Assembly (NCBI GenBank): GCA_030390025.1
Contig: CM059432.1
Span: forward strand, 94,242,001 to 94,306,000
DNA length: 64,000 nucleotides
Source: Squalus acanthias
Taxonomy: Eukaryota
Direction: 5' to 3'
A program made the translations under genes and the position numbers. Every line of letters starts with the position of its first letter. Position 1 is the stretch's first letter. The notes beneath the pieces were generated by a model. The model was given only the letters and a program-made list of their open reading frames with translations. It was not told the origin of the DNA and did not search any database. Below are positions 11,389 through 24,034 of this stretch, piece by piece.

Positions 11389-14300
11389 ATAAGAACATAA
11401 GAAATAGGAGCAGGAGTAGGCCAATTGGCCCCTCGAGCCTGCTCCGCCATTCAATAAGATCATGGGTGATCTGATCCTAACCGCCAATCTACTATCACAG
11501 AACCATCTCCTGAACCTAACAGAATTGGACACACGAAATAGGAGCAGGATCAGGCTACACGGTCCCTGGGCCCGCTACGCTACCCACAGGGCCATGACCG
11601 ATCCGAACCTAGACTCATGTCCAAATTCCTGCCTGCTCCCCGTAACCCTTAATTCCCTTTACTTCTAGGAAACTGCCTATTTCTGTTTTAAATTTATCTA
11701 ATGATGTAGCTTCTACAGCTTTTTGGGGCAGCATATTCCATGGACCTACCACCCTCTGAGTGAAATAGTTCCTTCTCATCTCAGTTTTGAAAGAGCAGCC
11801 CCTTATTCTAAGACTATGCCCCCTAGTTCTAGTTTCACCCATCATCGGGAACATCCTCCCCGCATCCACCCGATCCAACCCCTTCACAATCTTATATGTT
11901 TCAATAAGATCGCCTCTCATTCTTCTGAACTCCAATGAGTAGAGTCCCAATCTACCCAACCTCTCCTCATATGTCCATCCCCTCATCCCCGGGATTAACC
12001 GAGTGAACCTTCTTTGTACTGACTCGAGAGCAAGTATGTCTTTTCTTAAGTATGGACACCAAAACTGTATGCAGTATTCCAGGTGCGGTCTCACCAATAC
12101 CTTGTACAACTGAAGCAATACCTCCCTATTTTTATATTCTATCCCCTTAGCAATGAAAGCCAACATTCCATTGGCCTTCTTAATCACTTGCTGCACCTGC
12201 ATACTAACCTTTTGAGTTTCGTGCACCAGGACCCCCAGATCTCTTTGTACTTCAGTACTCTCCAGTTTCTTGCCATTTAGATCATAACTTGCTCTACTAT
12301 TTTTCCTGCCAAAGTGCATAACCTCACACTTTCCAGTATTGTATTCCATCTGCCAAATCTCTGCCCACTTACTTAGCCTGTCTATGTCCCCTTGCAGATT
12401 TTTTATGTCCTCCTTACTCACTACTTTCCCTCCCATCTTAGTATCATCTGCAAACTTTGATATGTTACACTTGGTCCCCTCCTCCAAATCGTTAATATAG
12501 ATTGTAAAGAGTTGGGGACCCAGCACTGACCCCTGCGGAACACCACTAGTTACTGATTGCCAGTCTGAGAATGAACCATTTATCCCAACTCTCTGCCTTC
12601 TGTTAGATAGCCAATCCTCTATCCATGCCAGAATATTACCCCCAATCCCGTGATTTTTTATCTTAAGCAATAATCTTTTGTGTGGCATCTTGTCAAATGC
12701 CTTTTGGAAGTCTAAATACACCACATCCACTGGTTCCCCTTTATCCACCCTGTGTGTTACTTCCTCAAAGAACTCCAGCAAATTTGTCAAACATGACTTC
12801 CCCTTCATAAAACCATGCTGACTTTGTCCTATTAAATTATGATTATCCAAATGTCCCATTACTGTCTCCTTAATAATGGACTCCAAAATTTTACCTACCA
12901 CAGATGTTAGGCTAACCGGTCTATAGTTTCCAGCCTTCTGTCTACTGCCCTTTTTAAATAAGGGTGTTACATTAGCAGTTTTCCAGTCTGCCGGGATCTT
13001 TGCTGAGTCCAGGGAGTTTTGGAAAATTATTACCAATGCATCCACAATCCCTACCGCCACTTCCCTCAAGACCCTAGGATGTAAGCCATCAGGTCCAGAT
13101 GATTTATCCGCCTTGAGTCCCATTATTTTACCGAGTACCACTTCCTTAGTGATTTTGATCGTGTTTAGCTCCTCCCCCCCCTATAGCCCCCTGTTTGTCC
13201 AGTGTTGGGATATTCTTAGTGTCCTCTACTGTAAAGACTGATACAAAATATTCATTCAGTGTATTTGCCATCTCCATATTTCCCACCATTAATTTCCCGG
13301 TCTCATCCTCTAAGGGACCAACATTTACTTTAGCCACCCTTTTTCTTTTTATATAACTATAAAAACTCTTACTATCTGTTTTTATATTTTTTGCTAATTT
13401 ACTTTCATAATCTATCTTCCCTTTCTTAATCAATCTTTTTGTTATTTTTTGCTGTCTTTTAAAGTTTTCCCAATCCTCTATCCTCCCACTAGATTTTGCT
13501 ACCTTATAAGCCCTTGTTTTTAGTCGAATATTATCCTTAATTTCTTTACTTAGCCATGGATGACTGTCTTTTCTTTTACACCCTTTTCTTCTCAGTGGAA
13601 TATATATTTTTTGGAAGTTGTAAAATAACTCCTTAAATGTACACCACTGATCATGTATCGTCTTACCCTTTAATCTATTTTCCCAATCCACTGTACTCAA
13701 TTCTGCTCGCATACCTTCATAGTCTCCTTTATTCAAGCTTAGCACGCTTGTTTGAGATCCAACCTTCTCACCCTCTAATTGAATATGGAATTCAACCATG
13801 TTATGGTCACTCATTCCAAGGGGATCCTTTACTAAGACATTTTTAATTAATCCTGTCTCGTTACACAGGACCAGATCTAAGGTTGCTTGCCCCCTGGTCG
13901 GTTCAGTTACATACTGCTCAAGAAACCCATCCCTAATACACTCAATGAACTCATCTTCAAGGCAGCCCTGCCCAATTTGATTTGTCCAATTAATATGATA
14001 GTTAAAATCCCCCATAATTAAAGATGTTCCCTTATTACAAGCCTCAACTATTTCCTGATTGATACTCCGTCCAACAGAGTTGCAACTGTTCGGAGGCCTA
14101 TAGACTACGCCCACTAATGTTTTTTTCCCCTTATTATTCCTTATCTCCACCCAAACTGTTTCATTATCCTGATCTTTTGACCCAATATCATTTCTCTGTA
14201 TTACAGTGATTCCTTCCTTTATTAACATAGCCACCCCACCTCCCCTTCCTTCCTGCCTGTCCTTCCTGATCGTTAAATAACCTGGTATGTTTAATTCCCA

Positions 14301-16050
14301 GGCATTGTCACCCTGCAGCCATGTTTCTGTAATGGCCACAAGATCATACCCATATGTAGTTATTTGTGCCATTAACTCATCTATTTTGTTACGAATGCTA
14401 CGTGCATTCAGATAGAGAACTTTCAAATATGTTTTGTGACACTTAGTTCCTGCTTTTGCCCTTTTTATTACTTTACCTTTTACTCCATACCTTCTGCCCC
14501 TTCCTGACACACTCTGGTTTTTAATTTCCCCACTGCTACCTAAGTCTATGACCTTCTCTGTTGTCATTTTTATTATTTGCTCTCTAGGAACCTCCCCCCC
14601 GCTAATTAGTTTAAAGCCCTCTCTACAGCCCTAGTTATATGATCCGCCAGGACTCTAGTCCCAGCACTGGCCAAGTGAAGCCCGTCCCAACGGAACAGCT
14701 CCCTCCTGCCCCAGTACTGGTGCCAGTGTCCCAGGAAGCAAAACCCATTTCTCCCACACCAGTCTTTGAGCCACTCATTTAACTCTCTAATTTTATTTGT
14801 CCTAGCCAAATTCGCTCGTGGCTCAGGTAATAATCCAGAGATTAATACCCTTGAGGTTCTGTTTTTTAATTTGACCCCTAGCTGCTCATACTCCTTTAAC
14901 AGAACCTGCTTCCTTGTCCTATCTACGTTGTTTGTACCAACATGGACCACGACAACTGGATCCACCCCCTCCCACTGCAAGTTTCTTTCCAGCCCAGAGG
15001 AGATGTCCTTAACCCTGGCACCGGGCAGGCAACACAGCCTACGGGACTCTTGCTCTCGGCTGCAGAGAACTCTATATATCCCCCTAATAATACTATCCCC
15101 TACCACTACAACATTTCTATTTACTCCCCCCTCTTGAATGGCCCCCCGTTCCACGGTGCTGTGGCCAGGTTGCTCATCCTCCCTGCAGTCCCTGCTCCTG
15201 TCCCCACAGGGAGTAAGAACCTCGAACCTGTTGGACAAGAGCAGGGCTGCGGCTCCTCCAACACTACCTCCTGGATCCCCGTACCTGCCTCACTCGTAGT
15301 CACACCGTCCTGTCCCTGACCATGGGCTACATCTGAATTAATTAACTTCATAGGTGTGACCACCTCCTGAAACACAAAGTCCAGGTACTTCTCCCCCACC
15401 CTGATGTGTCGCAGTGTCTGAAGCTCAGACTCCAGCTCATCAATACGGAGCTGGAGTTCCTGTAGCAGCAGACACTTGTCACAGATGTAATCACCGTGAG
15501 CCTCAATGGGGTCCACCGGCTCCCACATCTCGCAACAGTAACACATCACCTGCTCCATTCTATGTAATTAATTAAAAAAATTTATTGTTAGTTATGGACA
15601 CTCTGCCCGATTATAGATGCTAGTATCCCCTCTAATTAATTGGATTTAAATTAAATCAATCCCTCTAAATTACACCAGTTAAATGGTTTACCAACAGTCA
15701 CTCTGCACCAGAAAGGCCTTATTAACTATAACCCACAGAGTTTAAGTTTAAAAAGAGAGAAATACTCACCAACCAATTACTTACCTGCTTTCTGGTGACG
15801 TCACACCTCGATTTTTTTTACCTCTCTCCCTCCCTCCGAGTTCGGAGACTGGTCCCGCCTTACCTGGTCTCTGGAGCCTTTTAAACCCTTTGCCGCCGCC
15901 TCGCCTCACACAGGTCCGCCGCCGCACCAGGAACCTGACAAAGATGGAAAAAGGAAGGCACACCTCCCTCCCCGAACTCCCTCACTCACCAAACTCGCAG
16001 CTTAGCACTCTATTCCAAATCTGCACTCCGTGATAAACTGCACTCTAGTC
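11389..16050 (-). mobile_element. Near full-length CR1 LINE (5'UTR, ORF1 with zinc finger/coiled coil/SGNH esterase, ORF2 APE+RT)
   Basis: ORF1 pieces 15121-15558 and 14606-15238 (VVVGDS, HVGTN, DGLH); ORF2 pieces 13146-14567 and 11615-13141; one frameshift in each ORF; tail read as ataagaac repeats at 11389. Confidence 0.95.
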
Positions 16051-16109
16051 TCTCTTATTTATACTGCTGAGATTTAAATAAGTGAGCTCTCTGGCAGTTA
16101 CAGAACCCA

Positions 16110-17350
16110 ATTGATTGAATATTTTGAGGGGATGACTCGGTGTGTGGATGAGGGTAGTGCAGTTGATGTAGTCTACATGGACTTCAGTAAGGCTTTTGAC
16201 ACGTGGGAGACTGGTCAAGAAGGTAAGAGCCCATGGGATCCAGGGCAATTTGGCACATTGGATCCAAAATTGGCTTAGTGGCAGGAGGCAGAGGGTGATG
16301 GTCGAAGGTTGTTTTTGTGACTGGAAGCCTGTGTCCAGTGGTGTACCGCAGGGATCGGTGCTGGATCCTTTGCTGTTTGCAGTGTACATTAATGATTTAG
16401 ATATGAATGTCGGAGGTATGATCAGTAAGTTCGCAGATGACACGAAAATTGGTGGAGTGGTAAATAGCGAGGAGGGAAGCCTCAGGCTACAGGACGATAT
16501 AGACGGGTTGGTCAGATGGGCAGAACAGTGGCAAATGGAATTTAACCCTGAAAAGTGTGAGGTGATGCATTTTGGGAGGACTAACAAGGCAAGGGAATAC
16601 ACAATGAATGGTAGGACCCTAGGAAGGACAGAGGATCAGTGGGACCTTGGTGTGCATGTACATAGATCCCTGAAGGCAGCAGGACAGGTAGATAAGGTGG
16701 TTAAAAAGGCATATGGTATACTTGCCTTCATTAGACGAGGCATAGAATATAAGAGCAGGGAGGTTATGATGGAGCTGTACAAAACGCTAGCTTAGGCCAC
16801 AGCTGGAATAGTGTGTGCAGTTCTGGTCGCCACACTGTAGGAAGGATGTGATTGCATTGGAGAGGGTGCAGAGGATATTCACCAGGATGTTACCTGGGCT
16901 GGAGCGCTTCAGCTATGAAGAGAGACTGGACAGGCTGGGGTTGTTTTCCTTCGAGCAGAGAAGGCTGAGGGGGGACCTGATTGAGATGTACAAAATTATG
17001 AGGGGCATAGATAGGGTAGATAGAAAGGAACTTTTCCCCTTAGTAGAGGGGTCAATAACCAGGGAGCATAGTTTCAAGTTAAGGGGCAGGAGGTTTAGAG
17101 GGGATTTGAGGAAAAACTTTTTCACCCAGAGGATGGTTGGAATCTGGAACTCACTGCCTGAAAGGGTGGTAGAGGTAGGAACCTTCACAACATTCAAGAA
17201 GCATTTAGATGAGCACTTGAAACGCCATAGCATACAAGGCTACGGACCAAGTGCTGGAAAATGGTATTAGAATAGATAGGGCTTGATGGCCGGCGCGGAC
17301 ACGATGGGCCGAAGGGCCTCTTTCTGTGCTGTATAACTCTATGACTCTAT
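16110..17350 (+). mobile_element. CR1 LINE 3' fragment (RT)
   Basis: RT ORFs 16196-16795 and 16815-17270; (atgactct)n tail split by the following MITE. Confidence 0.9.
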
Positions 17351-18244
17351 GGGGTAAAAATTCACTTGGTTGCGCCACCCGTTAGCGCCTTAAGAGGGTG
17401 CTAATGGGGTGCAAAGCCGCTAACGCCCGGGCGCAGCGATGTTTGCGCCGCTCGAGAACTTAACTTGAGATTGTGCGGTGGCGCTAAAACTTACCGCTGC
17501 GACCACCTGCGCACGCTGATTGTGACGTCATTCCATGGTGCAACGCCCTTGGGGCGCCCCGTAGCGGAAATTGAGTGGCGCCCCCTGCCTTACTGCCTGG
17601 CGCTTCCAACGACCAGAAGACTGGAACGCTATCAATCGCTGTGGGGCTGGGGGGGGGCGCTATTTAAAGGGGGCCTCTTCCTGTCTTTTATTGTTGGTGG
17701 CATTTTTGAACTACGCATTCTGAGAGAGAGAGGGAGAGACTTCTGGAGAGATTCAACGTTGTGTGAAGGAGTTTTGGGTACTGAGCAGCACTTTGCAGGT
17801 TCATTTTGATTTGCCATTCCTTGTATCGATTTAGCAGAGTCCATAGGAGCTGCACTCTGAGCTCTTTGCCTGGTGCTCTCCATTGTTCTTTCCAGCACAT
17901 TTGATGTGCAAGTCTCTCCAGGCCGAGATTCAAGGCAGCAATGAACAGGATGTGGATGGAAAGCAAGATTAACCATCCCCTTTAAGAACTGGCCCGTGCC
18001 ATTGTGTGTGTGTTCCATTGCTGACTGACATTACATGAGCTTCGCCAGCGCTCCGAGTTAGCGCCTCACTGCTCGGCCTTTGCGCCTTAAGAGAGGTGTG
18101 CAGCACCTGCTTTAGCGCTCCACTCACCTCCCGGGGCGGTAAAAGTGAAGTTTCCCGTCAGTGCCGATAATTAGCGCCAGGCGCTAATATTTGCGTCCGG
18201 ACGATATTTGCGCCCCAAATGGGGCGCGACCTAATTTCTACCCC
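17351..18244. mobile_element. Non-autonomous PIF/Harbinger-like element (MITE)
   Basis: TIRs GGGGTAAAAATT / AATTTCTACCCC, 3-bp TAT duplication on both sides, many GCGCC/GGCGC subterminal motifs. Confidence 0.75.
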
Positions 18245-18251
18245 TATGACT

Positions 18252-19880
18252 CTATCACAGAAGCCAGTCTTCAGCCAATTCGATTCACTCCACATGATAT
18301 CAAGAGAAGGCTGAGTGCACTGGATACAGCAAAGGCTATGGGCCCCGACAACATCCCGGCTATCGTGCTGAAGACTTGTGCTCCAGAACTAGCCATGCCT
18401 CTAGCCAAACTGTTCCAGTACAGCTACAACACTGGTATCTATCCGACAATGTGGAAATCTGCCCAGGTATGTCCGGTCCACAAAAAGCAGAACAAATCCA
18501 ACCCGGTGAATTACCGCTCCATCAGTCTACTCTCAATCATCAGCAAAGTGATGGAAGGTGTCATCGACAGTGCTATCAAGCGGCACTTACTCACCAAAAA
18601 CCTGCTCACTGATGCCCATTTTGGGTTCCGCCAAGACCACTTGGCTCCCGACCTCATTACAGCCTTGGTCCAAACATGGACAAAGGAGCTGAATTCCAGA
18701 CGTGAGGTGAGAGTGACTGCCCTTGACATCAAGGCAGCATTTGACTAAGTGTGGCATCAAGGAGCCCCAGTAAAACTGAAGTCAATGGGAATGGGGGGAA
18801 AACGCTCCACTGGCTGGAGTCATACCTAGCACAAAGGAAGATGGTTGTGGTGGTTGAAGGTCAATCATCACAGCCCCAGGACATCGCTGCGGGAGTTCCT
18901 CAGAGCAGTGTCCTAGGCCCAACCATCTTCAGCTGCTTCATCAATGACCTCCCCTCCAACATAAGGCCAGAAATGGGGATGTTCGCTGATGACTGTACAG
19001 TGCTCAGCGCCATTCACAACTCCTCAGATAATGAAGCAGTCCATGCCCGCATGCAAGAAGACCTGGACGACGTTCAGGCTTGGGCTGATAAGTGGCAGGT
19101 AACATTCGCGCCACAGAAGTGCCAGGCAATGACTATCTCCAACAAGCGAGAGTCTAACCACCTCCCCTTGACATTCAACAGCATTACCATCGCCGAATCC
19201 CCCACCATCAACATCCTGGGGGTCACCATTGACCAGAAACTTAATTGGACCAGCCACATAAATACTGTGGCAACAAGAGCAGGTCAGAGGCTAGGTATTC
19301 TGTGGCGAGTGTCTCACCTCCTGACTCCCCAAAGCCTTTCCACCATCTACAGGGCACAAGTAAGGAGTGTGATGGAATACTCTCCACTTGCCTGGATGAG
19401 TGCAGCTCCAACAACACTCAAGAAGCTCGACACCATCCAGGACAAAGCAGCCCGCTTGATTGGCACCCCATCCACCACCTTAAACATTCACTCCCTCCAC
19501 CACCGGCGTACCGTGGCTGCAGTGTGTACCATCTACAAGATGCACAGCAGCAACTCACCAAGGCTTCTTCGGCAGCACCTGCCAAACCCGCGACCACTTC
19601 CACCTAGAAGGACAAGGGCAGCAGGCGCATGGGAACACCACCACCTCCAAGTTCCCCTCCAAGTCACACACCATCCTGACTTGGAAGTATATCGCCGATC
19701 CTTCATCGTCGCAGGGTCAAAATCCTGGAACTCCCTCCCTAACTGCACTGTAGGAGTACCTTCACCACACGAACTGCAGTGGTTCAAGAAGGCGGCTCAC
19801 CACCACCTTCTCAAGGGAATATAGGGATGGGCAATAAATGCTGGCCTTGCCAGCGACACCCACATCCCATAAACAAATAA
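18252..19880 (+). mobile_element. CR1/L2-group LINE ORF2, 3' half (RT) and 3' end
   Basis: ORFs 18191-18748 and 18751-19824 (GPDNIP, FGFR, ALDIKAAFD, GVPQ.SVLGP, MFADD); family 3' end ggcaataaatgctggccttgccagcg. Confidence 0.9.
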
Positions 19881-19889
19881 TTTTTTTTT

Positions 19890-22800
19890 TAATTTGAGAA
19901 TTGAATGGGTATAAAGTGAAATCCCACTTTTGTAAATAAACACTGAAGGTTCTTTTTCTTTTTAACAGGAGTTCTTAAAATCTGTACTAAAGTATAAGTA
20001 TTAAGTTTTAAGTTTATTTCTGCTGGGTTAGTTCTTAGTCTATTAAATAGAGGCATGGCAGGGCAGCTCAGTCCCGTGGAGTGCACATCCTGTGCCATGT
20101 GTGAAGTCAAGGACGCTTCGCGTATCCTGGACGACCACATGTGCAGGAAGTGTCACCAGCTACAGCAAATCGAGCTCCGGGCTTTGGAGCTTGAGCGGCG
20201 GCTGGAGTCACTGCGGTGCATCCGCGAGGCTGAGAGTTTTGTTGATAGCACGTTTCTAGAGGTGGTCACCCCGCAGCTTAAGAGTTTGCAGGCAGAGAGG
20301 GAATGGGTGACCGCCAGACAGAAGAGGAGGACCAGGCAGGTAGTGCAGGAGTCCCCGGAGTGCATCACGCTCTCCAACCAATATTCTGTTCTGAGTACTG
20401 GTGAGGGCGATGGTTCCTCTGGGGAGTGCAGCCAGAGTCAAGTCCATGGCACCACGGGTGGCTCAGCTGCACGGGGGGAAGGAAAAAGAGTGGAAGAACA
20501 ATAGTGGTAGGGGATTCAATAGCTAGGGGAATAGACAGGCGTTTCTGCGGCCGTAGACATGACTCCAGGATGGTATGTTGCCTCCCTGGTGCCAGGGTCA
20601 AGGATGTCACTGAGCGGCTGCAGGACACTCTGAGGGGGGAGGGTGAACAGCCAGAGGTCGTTGTCCATATCGGTATCAACGACATAGGCAGAAAGAGGGA
20701 TGAGGTCCTGCAGGCAGAGTTTAGGGAGCTAGGAGAGACATTAAAAAGCAGGACCTCAAAGGTAGTAATCTCCGGATTACTCCCAGTGCCACGTGCTAGT
20801 GAGTACAGGAATAGGAGGATAGAACAGATGAATACGTGGCTGGAGAGATGGTGCAGGAGGGAAGGCTTTAGATTCCTGAGGCATTGGGACCATTTCTGGG
20901 GAAGTTGGGACCTGTACAAGCCGGACGGGTTACACCTCAACAGAGCTGGGACCAATATTCTTGCGGGGAGGTTGGTTAGTGCTGTTGGGGAGGGTTTAAA
21001 CTAGCTTGGCAGGGGGATGGGCACCAGCATATAGGAGTAGAAAAGAAGAATAAGGTGCATAACAGAGTGAGTGTGTTGGATAGTACTAGAGAAGATAGTA
21101 CTAGAGGCGGTAGTAGTACCATATAAGATAGGAGCAGACTAAGAAAGACTACGAAAAATTCAAAAATGGGTTTAGAATGCATGTACGTAAACACACAAAT
21201 GTGGTGAATAAGGTTGGTGAGCTTCAAGCACAATTAGCCGTATGGAAATATGATATTGTGGCAATAACGGAAACGTGGCTTAAAAATGGTGAGGACTGGG
21301 CACTTAATATTCAAGGGTACAAGGTGTTCAGAAAAGATAGGGAAGGAAAAAAGGCAGGTGGGGTGACAGTGCTGATTAAAGAAGACATTGTAGTGTTGGA
21401 AAAGGAGGATGTTCTTGAGGGGACAAGGACAGAATCCACTTGGTTAGAGTTAAGGAGCATAAAGGGTATGATCATGCTATGGGGGTATTCTATAGGCCTC
21501 CAAATAGAGAGAGGGAGGTAGGGGAGCAAATCTGCAGGGAAATCGCAGAGATATGCAAGAGCTATAGAGTGGTGATATTGGGGGACTTTAATTACCCAAA
21601 TATTGATTGGGATAATGCTAGAGTAAAGGAAAAGGAGGGGGAGGAATTTCTGAAATGTGTTCAGGAGAATTTCCTTGATCAATATGTTCTTGGCCCAGCT
21701 AGGAAGGAGGCATTGTTGGATCTGGTGCTGGGGAATGAGGTGGGCCAGGTCGACCAAGTGTCTGTGGGAGAACACTTGGGTACGAGTGATCATCATATCG
21801 TAAGATTTAGATTAGCAATGGAGAGGAGCAAGGAACAATCTAGAGTGGAACTTCTAAACTGGAATAGGGCTAACTTCAATGGGATGCTAAAGGATCTAGC
21901 CAGGGTTAAATGGGACCAAAGACTGACAGGAAAAACTGTAATGGAGCAATGGGTGATCTTTAAGGAGGAGATGTTCCAAGTACAGGCTAGGTACATTCCA
22001 GCAAGAGGGAAGGGTAAGGGATCCAAAGCAAGGGCTCCTTGGAATACGAGGGAGATAGAGAAGATGATGAAACAAAAAAAGAGGGTGTATGATGAATGTC
22101 AGGTGAATTCTTCAAGGGAGAACCAGATCAAATACAATAAGTTGTGCGGGGATGTGAAGATGAAAGTACGATTGGCAAAGAGAGAATATGAGAGTAGAAT
22201 GGCGGTTAACATAAAAGGGAACCCAAAAATCTTCTACCGGCATGTAAACAGTAAGCGGGTAATAAGAGGCGGGGTGGGGCCTATTAGCGACAAAGAAGGT
22301 GATATATGCTTAGAGGCGCAGGGCAAGGCTAGAATACGCAATGAGTACTTTGTATCGGTGTTTACTAAGGAGGTGGATGCTGACAAAATATTGGTAGAAG
22401 TGGAAAAGCTAGAAGCAATGGAAGGGGTGAAAATTGATAGACAGGATGTACTAGAAAGGCTGGATATGCTTAGAGTGGACAAGTCGCCTGGTCCAGATGG
22501 CTTACATCCCAGGTTGCTAAGGGAATTGGGAGAGGAGATAGCGGAAGGGCTTGCCATAATTTTACAATCTTCCCTAGATGCGGGGGAGGCGCCTGAGGAT
22601 TGGAAAGTGGCAAATGTGACACCATTGTTCAAGAAAGGGTGTAAGGACAATCCTTGTAACTACAGGCCGGTCAGTTTAACATCAGTGGTGGTTAAAGTTT
22701 TAGAAACAATAATCAAGGAAAAAATTAACGGGCACTTGGAGAGGTTTAAGCTAACTAAGGAGAGCCAACACAGATTTGTAAAAGGCAGATCGTGTTTGAC

Positions 22801-24034
22801 TAATCAAATTACATTTTTTGATGAACAGAGAGGATTGATGAAGGGAATGCAATGGATGTTGCTTACATGGATTTTCAGAAGGCGTTTGACAATGTACCAC
22901 ATAGAAGGCTGGTTAACAATATTGAGGCTCATGGAATAGGTGGGTCAGTGGCAGCTTGGATAAGGAATTGGCTTAAGGACAGAAAACATCGAGTTGTGGT
23001 AAATGGCTGTTTTTCAGATTGGAGGATGGTAGACAGTGGTGTTCCCCAAGGGTCAGTGCTGGGGCCACTGCTTTTTTTGATATATATAAATGACCTGGAT
23101 ATTGGAATACAGAGTAGAATTTCTAAATTTGCCGATGACACTAAACTTGGGGGTGTGGCAAACAGTGATGATGATATCAATTGACTGCAACAGGACATAG
23201 AAAGGCTAGCAGAATGGGCAGACTAGTGGCAGATGGAATTTAATACAGAGAAGTGTGAGGTGATGCATTTTGGCAGAATGAACAGGGAGCGGCAATATAC
23301 ACTTAATGGCACAGTTTTAAAGAGTGTGCAGGGATAGAGGGACCTGGGAGTTAATGTGCAGAGGTCCCTGAAGGTGGCAGGACATATTGAGAGAGTGGTT
23401 AACAAAGCAAATGGGATCTTGGGCTTCAATAATACAGGTATTGAGTACAAAAGTAGAGAAGTTATGCTGAACCTTTATAAAGCACTGGTTAGGCTACAAC
23501 TGGAGTATTGAATCCAGTTCTGGTCACCACACTTTAGGAAGGATGTGAAGGCCCTTGAGAGGGTGCAGAGGAGATTTACCAGAATGGTTCCGGGGATGGT
23601 GGATCTTAGCTACAAGGACAGGTTGGAGAAGCTGGATTTGTTTTGATTAGAGCAAAGGAGGTTGAGGGATGATTTGATAGAGGTGTACAAGATTATGACG
23701 GATTTGGATAGGCTAGACGGAGAAAGGCTGTTCCCACTAGTTGATGGTACAAGGACTAGGGGACACAGATTTAAGATTTTGGGCAAGAGATACAGGGGGA
23801 ATGTGAGGAAAAACTTTTTAACGCAGCGAGTGGTGATGACCTGGAATTCGCTGCCGATGGAAGTGGTGGAAGCGGAGACACTCAATGTTTTCAAGGGGAG
23901 ACTGGATAGGCACTTGAGGGAAATAAACTTGCAGGGCTACGAGGATTGAGCGGGCAAATGGGACTGACTGGATTGCTCTACAGAGAGCAGGCACGGACTC
24001 GATGGGCCGAATGGCCTCCTTCTGTGCCATATTC
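19890..24034 (+). mobile_element. Near full-length CR1 LINE, decayed
   Basis: ORF1 20055-21004 (CTSC/CRKC zinc finger, GDS esterase); ORF2 fragments 21177-23949 with several stops and frameshifts. Confidence 0.93.

Noticed and set aside
15121..15250. Split of CR1 ORF1 into zinc-finger and esterase ORFs as programmed recoding
   Set aside because: The break lies elsewhere in the 20-kb copy (~20475) and is absent from this region in the 29-kb copy, so these are random indels
17632..18018. 128-aa ORF (and homologue 24217-24483) as a new gene
   Set aside because: Lies within MITE cargo, the two copies differ in length and end, no recognisable domain
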